From NCBI GenBank assembly GCA_036514115.1, contig DATBXT010000081.1:1-52414 (forward strand): DNA of 52,414 nt. Direction: 5' to 3'. The position numbers were made by a program, and so were the translations under genes. Under the pieces are notes generated by a model. The model did no database searches and was not told the DNA's origin. It worked only from the letters and a program-made list of their open reading frames with translations. Positions 46,210 to 52,414 of this stretch are shown in pieces; the stretch's first letter is position 1, and each line of letters opens with the position of its first letter. The DNA is from Gemmatimonadaceae bacterium. GTDB taxonomy: Bacteria; Gemmatimonadota; Gemmatimonadetes; Gemmatimonadales; Gemmatimonadaceae.

Positions 46210-47813
46210 CGTTTCGCGTTCTGGTTACAGATGAAATAGATCCGGAGGGAGTTGCCATCCTTGCCGCAGAGCCGAAAATCACCGTGGACGAAGTACCCAC
46301 GCTCCCGAAAGAAGATCTGCTGGCCAGGATCGGCGACTATGATGCAATTATTGGCCGGAGTGCCACTCGGATCTCGGCGGATCTTCTGCAGAAGGGACGC
46401 AAGCTCAAAGTAGTGGGCCGGGCTGGGGTGGGAGTCGACAATATTGCGCTCGATGCGGCGACCTCACTAGGCGTAGCAGTCATCAATGCACCCGCCGGTA
46501 ACACCATCGCCGTCGTGGAGTTGTTTTTTGGCGCGGTAATCTCCCTGCTCCGGCACATCCCGCGCGCCGACACGTCGATGCACGCAGGAAGGTGGGATCG
46601 GTCGGCCCTCCTTGGCTCAGAGCTCAAAGATCGGACTCTAGGCATCGTCGGTCTCGGCCGAATTGGCGGCGAGATAGCGACGCGTGCCCGCGCATTCGGA
46701 ATGAACGTCATTGCCTACGATCCGTACATCGCGCAGTCGCGATTCGAGGTACTTCGCGTCCAGGAGATGAAGACCCTGGAGGAGCTTCTTCAGAAGTCGA
46801 GCGTGCTGACCCTGCACACGCCGTTGACCGATGAGACCACCGGACTCATTGGCAGACGGGAGGTCTCCCGGCTACCGAAGCAGTCTATCGTCGTGAACAT
46901 GGCGCGTGGTGGAATCGTTGATGAGAAGGCTTTGCTCGAAGGGTTGAACAGCAAGCACTTGTTCGGCGCGGTTATCGACGCTTACGAGAAGGAGCCACTC
47001 GCTCCCGATCATCCCTTCCGCACTTTGCCGAATGTCCTTCTCACCCCGCATATCGGCGCGTCGACGATGGAAGCCCAGCGGAATGTAGCAGTCGATGTTT
47101 GTGTGGCGGTTCGCGATGCCTTGTTGAGTGGTGAGCTCTCACGCTCGATTAACGTCGCCGATGTCGGCGGACAATGGGCCGAGATCGAGCCGGCGCTTAC
47201 CCTGGCGCGCCGGGCAGCTGCCGTCGCACGGGCGATACTCGCGACCCAGGGGATGCGTGTCGTGCAGCGAGTGGACCTGCGTTCGGGATCGGCGCTCAGC
47301 GCCGCAAAGCGAGCACTGCTCGCATCCGCTGCGCGTGGACTGCTCGAAGGAACCGTGGAGCAGGAGCGGCTGAATCTGATCAATGCCCGTGCAGTGGCCG
47401 AAAATCGCGGGATCGATCTGTCGATGACCGAGACGGCGGCGCAGGACAACCCGTACCTGGTCGAAGTGCGATTGAGTGGCGGCATGCAGGAGATCGCAGT
47501 CGCGGGCACCGCGCAGCCCGGATCACCTCCGCGCTTTACTCGCATCGGTGCATTCCACGTCGATGTTCAGCCGCGTGATACGCTCGTGATCCTCACAAAT
47601 AACGACGTCCCCGGCGTCATCGGACGTGTTGGCACACTACTCGGCGAGGCGGGGGTGAACATCGCGGAGTACCACCAGGCGAGGCTCGCACAGGGTGGCC
47701 AGGCTCTCGCCGCGGTTTCTGTCGACGGAGATGTCAGCGAATCGATTCGTGAGTCGCTCCTCAGCCTGCCCGATGTTTCTTCTGCTGCGGTAGTCTGCTT
47801 TAGACCGGCGTGA
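46206..47813 (+). CDS. serA: D-3-phosphoglycerate dehydrogenase, type I (ASB + ACT domains)
   Basis: GRAGVGVDNI, NAPAGNT, GLGRIG, NMARGG, TPHIGAST.EAQ and C-terminal ACT (NNDVPGVIGRVG..LGEAGVNI). Confidence 0.93.
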   Translation: MTFRVLVTDEIDPEGVAILAAEPKITVDEVPTLPKEDLLARIGDYDAIIGRSATRISADLLQKGRKLKVVGRAGVGVDNIALDAATSLGVAVINAPAGNTIAVVELFFGAVISLLRHIPRADTSMHAGRWDRSALLGSELKDRTLGIVGLGRIGGEIATRARAFGMNVIAYDPYIAQSRFEVLRVQEMKTLEELLQKSSVLTLHTPLTDETTGLIGRREVSRLPKQSIVVNMARGGIVDEKALLEGLNSKHLFGAVIDAYEKEPLAPDHPFRTLPNVLLTPHIGASTMEAQRNVAVDVCVAVRDALLSGELSRSINVADVGGQWAEIEPALTLARRAAAVARAILATQGMRVVQRVDLRSGSALSAAKRALLASAARGLLEGTVEQERLNLINARAVAENRGIDLSMTETAAQDNPYLVEVRLSGGMQEIAVAGTAQPGSPPRFTRIGAFHVDVQPRDTLVILTNNDVPGVIGRVGTLLGEAGVNIAEYHQARLAQGGQALAAVSVDGDVSESIRESLLSLPDVSSAAVVCFRPA

Positions 47814-49174
47814 GTGTCGGTTTAAGCAACGACAGGAGCGTACGAGAGGCGTATGAGACGGACGCATCCGGTCTTCATATGGTGCCCGACTTCGTCGCCC
47901 GCCCGGATTCGCTCGACGAAGTCGTCGAAATCGTTCAGAAGGCGTCGAGAGACAGAATTTCTGTCACGTGCGCGGGAGCGCAGACGAGCACGACCGCCGC
48001 CTCGATAACAGACAGCGGGATACTTCTCTCCCTTCGTTCCATCGCAGAAATCAGTCTGGATACGAGTGCGAAGACCATCACTGCGGGTCCTGGCGCTCTC
48101 GTTGGTGAGATCAAACGCACTGCCGCTGCCGCCGGACTGCTTTTCGCGCCGGACCCGACGAGCGAAGAGGAGTCTACGGTTGGTGGGGCGATTGCCTGCA
48201 ATGCCTCCGGCGCCCGCACCTTCAAGTACGGTGCGACACGCCATCATGTCCAGGCGATAAAGGTCGTGCTCGCGAATGGCGACCTGAAGACTTTTCGGCG
48301 GTCAAACCTCGAAAAGAACACCGTTGGCTACGCCTTCGCTCACGATCCGATAGACTGGTTCATCGGCAGTGAAGGCACGCTTGGGATAATTGTCGAAGCC
48401 GAGCTTTCACTGTTACCACTCCCATCGCACGTGTTGGGTCTGGCGGTGTTCTTCAAAACCGAGGCGGAAGCGCTGAGGTTCGTCGTGGCCGCCCGTGAAT
48501 CGCGCGACGTCGCGCCGAGATGCATCGAGTACTTTGACGACCAGGCAGTCGGCATTGCTCGTAACGCGAAGTCAGGCGCGAGCATTCCGCCGGAATCAGC
48601 TGCGATGGCGTACATCGAAGAAGAGATCGCGGAAGATCTCGACTCATCCCTCGAACGGTGGGGCGATCTCGTTGAATCGCTCGCCCCCGACTTCGAGCCA
48701 CTGGTCTTCGACGGCGAAGCCCGATTGCGCGAAGCGCGGGCGATGCGACACAGCATACCCTCGACCATGAACGAGCGGGGATCGAGGTATTTCCGGAGCG
48801 GTGGAAGAAAGGTCTCAACCGACTGGGCCGTCCCTTACGCGCGCCTCGGAAATGCAATCGAGGCTGCGCGGAAGATCGCCGCTGATCTCGGGATTCCTCA
48901 GGCGGTTATTTATGGGCATGCCGGAAACGGGCACCCGCACCAGAACTTCGTTGCCAGCGACCAGCACGAGCTCGCTACCATAGAAAGGGCGGTTGAGCAA
49001 ACCCTGCGGCACGTCATATCGCTTGGGGGGACCGTCGCGGCCGAGCACGGGATAGGGAAGATCAAGCGACGCTGGCTGCCGTTGCAGATGAATTCTCTTC
49101 AGATCGCAATGATGGGTGCCGTAAAAAGAGAGCTGGATCCGTTCGGCCTGCTCGCACCGGGCAACATCCTGTGA
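47810..49174 (+). CDS. FAD-linked 2-hydroxyacid oxidoreductase (GlcD/D-LDH/D2HGDH family)
   Basis: VARP, APDPTS, TVGGAIACNASG...KYG, IGSEGTLGII, GHAGNGHPH, AEHGIG and terminal DP..LL.PG. No Fe-S domain. Confidence 0.88.
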   Translation: MSVGLSNDRSVREAYETDASGLHMVPDFVARPDSLDEVVEIVQKASRDRISVTCAGAQTSTTAASITDSGILLSLRSIAEISLDTSAKTITAGPGALVGEIKRTAAAAGLLFAPDPTSEEESTVGGAIACNASGARTFKYGATRHHVQAIKVVLANGDLKTFRRSNLEKNTVGYAFAHDPIDWFIGSEGTLGIIVEAELSLLPLPSHVLGLAVFFKTEAEALRFVVAARESRDVAPRCIEYFDDQAVGIARNAKSGASIPPESAAMAYIEEEIAEDLDSSLERWGDLVESLAPDFEPLVFDGEARLREARAMRHSIPSTMNERGSRYFRSGGRKVSTDWAVPYARLGNAIEAARKIAADLGIPQAVIYGHAGNGHPHQNFVASDQHELATIERAVEQTLRHVISLGGTVAAEHGIGKIKRRWLPLQMNSLQIAMMGAVKRELDPFGLLAPGNIL

Positions 49175-49815
49175 CGCGCTTCAACTCGGTCGTGCTGGAT
49201 GTCGATTCCACACTGAGCGGAATCGAAGGCATAGACTGGCTCGCTCAACGACGTGGCAGTGAGATCGCAGCGTGGAGTACGGCGCTCACCGATAAAGCAA
49301 TGCGCGGCGAGATTCCCATCGAGGCTGTTTACGGCGAAAGAATGAAAGTCGTGCGGCCAACGCGGTCCGAGATCGAGCAACTCGGCGGAGTTTACGTGGA
49401 CAAGGTTGCACCGCGCGCTCGCGAGACGCTGCAGGCCCTTCGGGAATCCGGCGTTCAACTGGTGATGGTAAGCGGTGGCCTCCGCGAAGCCATTGTCACG
49501 CTCGCTGGCGAGCTGGGTGTGCCGGACGCCGACCTCCACGCCGTTTCGGTTTTCTTTGACGAAGCCGGCCAGTATGAAGGATTCGACGAAAATTCCCCGC
49601 TCACCCGCCAGGAAGGGAAGAGGAAAGTAGTGGGCGGCATGACACTAAAAGGACCGACGCTGGCAGTCGGCGACGGGATGACGGACTGCGAGATGAAGGG
49701 AGTAGTGCATAGCTTTGCAGCATACACTGGCTACACGAGACGCAGCTCGGTCATCGAGCGCGCCGATTTCGTAATCGACAATTTCGACCAACTCAGAGAA
49801 CTCGTACTGCAATGA
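49171..49815 (+). CDS. serB: Phosphoserine phosphatase (HAD-IB, no ACT domains)
   Basis: Motif I DVDSTL, T..AM.G, VSGG and GDGMTD; adjacent to serA. Confidence 0.8.
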   Translation: MTRFNSVVLDVDSTLSGIEGIDWLAQRRGSEIAAWSTALTDKAMRGEIPIEAVYGERMKVVRPTRSEIEQLGGVYVDKVAPRARETLQALRESGVQLVMVSGGLREAIVTLAGELGVPDADLHAVSVFFDEAGQYEGFDENSPLTRQEGKRKVVGGMTLKGPTLAVGDGMTDCEMKGVVHSFAAYTGYTRRSSVIERADFVIDNFDQLRELVLQ

Positions 49816-50909
49816 GCCTTACAAAAACCTTCGGGACATTCTTCCTACCGGGGCCGACCGAAGTTCGCAACGAAGTAATGGCAGCGATGATCCAGCCCAT
49901 GATTCCGCATCGCGGGGCCCAGTTCGAGAACCTGTTCGAGCGCCTGCAACAGGGCCTGCGCCCAATCTTCAAAACCGAGCGCCCTGTGTATATCAGCTCG
50001 TCTTCGGCGACCGGCATGATGGAGGGTGCCATTCGCGCGGCCCCACCAGGCAGGATTCTTTGCCTGGTCAATGGAGCGTTCTCGGAGCGGTTTGCGCATA
50101 TCGCATCGATGTGTGGACGGGAAGTCGATCGATATGACGTTGCGTGGGGTCAGGTCCACCTCATTCCGCAACTCGAGGAGCGACTATCGATGCGCAAGTA
50201 TGTAGCGATAACCGTGGTTCATTCCGAGACTTCAACCGGTGCGCTCAACGATGTGCGGTCGATCTCGGATTGCGCCCACCGTCATAATGTTCTCTGCCTG
50301 ATCGATAGTGTGAGCGGTCTTGGAGGTGCCGAGCTGCGCTTCGACGAATGGAAGCTCGACTACGTGCTCACCGGTTCACAAAAGGCACTGGCGTTGCCTC
50401 CGGGGCTTTCGTTCGCCGTCGCGTCCGCGGCGTTTGTCGACCAGGCCAACGGTACCCCCGGCCGCGGGGTCTATTTCGATCTCGTAGAGCTGGATGCATA
50501 TGCCCGTCGCAACCAAACGCCGAGCACCCCTGCGCTGACTTTGTTTTACGCGCTCGAGGCGCAAATAAAAGCGATAGCCACCGAAGGTATGGAAGCACGC
50601 TGGACGCGCCACCGCGCCATGGCTGCGCGGACCCAGGACTGGCTGGCGAAGATCACTGATGAAACGGGGAAGAAGCTGGTAAACATTGCTCCACTTGGAT
50701 CACAGTCGCCGACGGTGTCGGCTATCAGACTTCCGGGCGATCTCACTGCTGAGGCCTTTACCGGAGCAGTCGCGAAGCGCGGAATCGTCGTGGGTAACGG
50801 TTACGGAAAGCTGAAAAGTTCGACTTTCCGCATCGGTCACATGGGCGACCACACCATCGAGACGATCGAGAAGTGTCTCGCTGCATGCTCGAGCGTGCTT
50901 CGCTCTTGA
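49812..50909 (+). CDS. Class V PLP aminotransferase (AGT/SgaA type), probable phosphoserine aminotransferase by context
   Basis: LPGPTEV, PHRG, NGAFSER, HSETSTG, DSVS, GSQKAL.LPPG (PLP lysine), FRIGHMG. Confidence 0.88.
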   Translation: MSLTKTFGTFFLPGPTEVRNEVMAAMIQPMIPHRGAQFENLFERLQQGLRPIFKTERPVYISSSSATGMMEGAIRAAPPGRILCLVNGAFSERFAHIASMCGREVDRYDVAWGQVHLIPQLEERLSMRKYVAITVVHSETSTGALNDVRSISDCAHRHNVLCLIDSVSGLGGAELRFDEWKLDYVLTGSQKALALPPGLSFAVASAAFVDQANGTPGRGVYFDLVELDAYARRNQTPSTPALTLFYALEAQIKAIATEGMEARWTRHRAMAARTQDWLAKITDETGKKLVNIAPLGSQSPTVSAIRLPGDLTAEAFTGAVAKRGIVVGNGYGKLKSSTFRIGHMGDHTIETIEKCLAACSSVLRS

Positions 50910-52414
50910 CGCAGATATCTGTCTCGAACGTAGGGGTCGAGTTTGGCGCCACGAGGGTCTTTCAGGGAATAACCTTCACCGTTGCGCGCGGAAGCCGGTG
51001 GGGAATCATCGGCCGGAACGGAAGCGGAAAGACTACTCTTTTTCGATTAATAACCGGTGCCCAGCAGCCTACCGAAGGAACAATTTCCCGACAGCCAGGG
51101 ATTCGGTTCGCCTTGCTCGAACAGCATCGTGACTTCGGCGGCGCTCGAACGGTATGGGAAGCAGGGGCAGGTGAATTAGCGGACCTCCTCGCGCTCGAGC
51201 AGGCACTCGCCAGGCAGGCTGAGGTGCTCGCACAGGTCGGCGAGGCGGCAACGCCGCAGATGCTCACGAAGTACGATCAGGATCTCGAGCGATTCGATCG
51301 GGAAGGAGGATACACTCTCACTCCGCGCGTCGATGCAATTCTGCAGGGTCTGGGCTTCGAGCCCGAAGTTGCGCGAACTCAGCCACTCGAGCAGTTGAGT
51401 GGAGGCGAGCGGGGACGCCTGGGTTTAGCAAGGCAGCTGGTGAGCGCAGCCGACGTGCTTCTGCTCGACGAGCCAACGAATCACCTGGATCTGGAAACAA
51501 CGCGCTGGCTCGAGGAGTATCTGCGCACCACTGACAAAACGATCCTGTTGATCAGCCACGACCGCACGTTCATCGCCAACGTCGCCGATCATATTCTCCA
51601 TCTCGAGGGCGATAGTGCCGTCAGCTATACGGGAGGCTACGAATCGTTCGTCGTTCAACGCGAGGAGAGACGACTCGCCCAGCAGCGAGCCTTCGACAAG
51701 CAGCGAAAGGTTCTTGCCAGCGAAGAGGATTACATCAGGCGAAACATCGCCGGACAGAATTCCAAGCAGGCCAAGGGGCGCCGAAAAAGGCTGACCCGTG
51801 TGCCGCGCCTCAGCAGCCCGACCGGGGAAGAAGCAAGCTCGCTCGGACTGAGATTGGATATGTCAGAACGAGGCGGGGATCAGGTGGCCGTTGCTCGCGA
51901 CGTCACCCTGGGCGTCGAGGGAAGAACACTAATCCAGGGTTTCACCGCCACGATTCAGCGCGGCGACATCATCGGGTTCATCGGGCCCAACGGCAGCGGT
52001 AAATCGACATTTCTTCGCGCGTTATTGGGTGAGCACCCAATCCTGGCGGGAGAGCTGAGGCTGGGCGGATCTATCCAGGCCGGATACTATCGCCAGGACA
52101 TGACGCAAGTTCCGCGGGGTAAAACTCTTTATGAGGTGATTAGCGAGCTCAGACCGCGCTGGGAGCGCAGGCAGGTTCACGGACACCTGGCGAAGTTCGG
52201 TTTTTCCGGCGAAGAGGCCCAACGGCGCGCGGATAATATGTCTGGCGGTGAGCAAGCACGCGTGGCTCTTTCGATGATGGTGCTGACGCGCGCGAATTTC
52301 CTCCTGCTCGACGAGCCTACAAACCACCTCGACATCGAGTCGGTCGAGGCTCTCGAGGACGCACTGTCAGAATATGAAGGTACGATTCTGTTGGTGAGCC
52401 ACGACCGCGCGATG
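50906..52414 (+). CDS. ABC-F family ATPase (partial, runs off the right edge)
   Basis: Not in the ORF track. TTG 50906 (TTGA overlap) starts MTQISVSNV...[24 protein letters not shown], linker EEDYIRRN..., then [14 protein letters not shown] and [10 protein letters not shown]. No TM segments seen. Confidence 0.93.
   Translation, partial: MTQISVSNVGVEFGATRVFQGITFTVARGSRWGIIGRNGSGKTTLFRLITGAQQPTEGTISRQPGIRFALLEQHRDFGGARTVWEAGAGELADLLALEQALARQAEVLAQVGEAATPQMLTKYDQDLERFDREGGYTLTPRVDAILQGLGFEPEVARTQPLEQLSGGERGRLGLARQLVSAADVLLLDEPTNHLDLETTRWLEEYLRTTDKTILLISHDRTFIANVADHILHLEGDSAVSYTGGYESFVVQREERRLAQQRAFDKQRKVLASEEDYIRRNIAGQNSKQAKGRRKRLTRVPRLSSPTGEEASSLGLRLDMSERGGDQVAVARDVTLGVEGRTLIQGFTATIQRGDIIGFIGPNGSGKSTFLRALLGEHPILAGELRLGGSIQAGYYRQDMTQVPRGKTLYEVISELRPRWERRQVHGHLAKFGFSGEEAQRRADNMSGGEQARVALSMMVLTRANFLLLDEPTNHLDIESVEALEDALSEYEGTILLVSHDRAM

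Noticed and set aside
1-52414. CRISPR arrays, tRNA/rRNA genes, IS/integrase/prophage, defence systems
   Set aside because: No regularly spaced repeats, cloverleaf or rRNA signatures, or mobile-element protein motifs seen by eye; a covariance-model search could still reveal small RNAs.

Overview
Bacterial chromosomal core region spanning the replication origin. The lineage is probably Gemmatimonadota, inferred only from gene content and order. The window holds the rpmH-rnpA-yidD-yidC-mnmE / dnaA-oriC-dnaN cluster, RNase P RNA (rnpB), polA, holA, the 5' end of mutS, and a displaced mnmG...parS-parA-parB block. It also has an ECF sigma/anti-sigma pair, two tandem M16 peptidase pairs (one apparently cytoplasmic, one exported), signalling genes (AraC-type regulator, orphan His kinase, kinase-only Ser/Thr kinase) and a KirBac-type channel. 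It ends in a translationally coupled operon: Cys-less ArsC/Spx-like protein, serA, FAD-linked 2-hydroxyacid oxidoreductase, serB, class V aminotransferase, ABC-F. Four features missing from the ORF track were read directly from the sequence: mutS 5' end, rpmH, rnpB and the ABC-F gene. I saw no tRNA, rRNA, CRISPR array or mobile element. Best leads: (i) a non-canonical serine pathway with a built-in candidate D-2-hydroxyglutarate dehydrogenase; (ii) candidate beta-clamp-binding motifs in the DnaA linker and in a PolA insertion; (iii) a pervasive leaderless-promoter signature; (iv) genes apparently needing non-canonical start codons (rnpA, beta-CASP nuclease); (v) a sigma54-type promoter in front of the ECF sigma gene.
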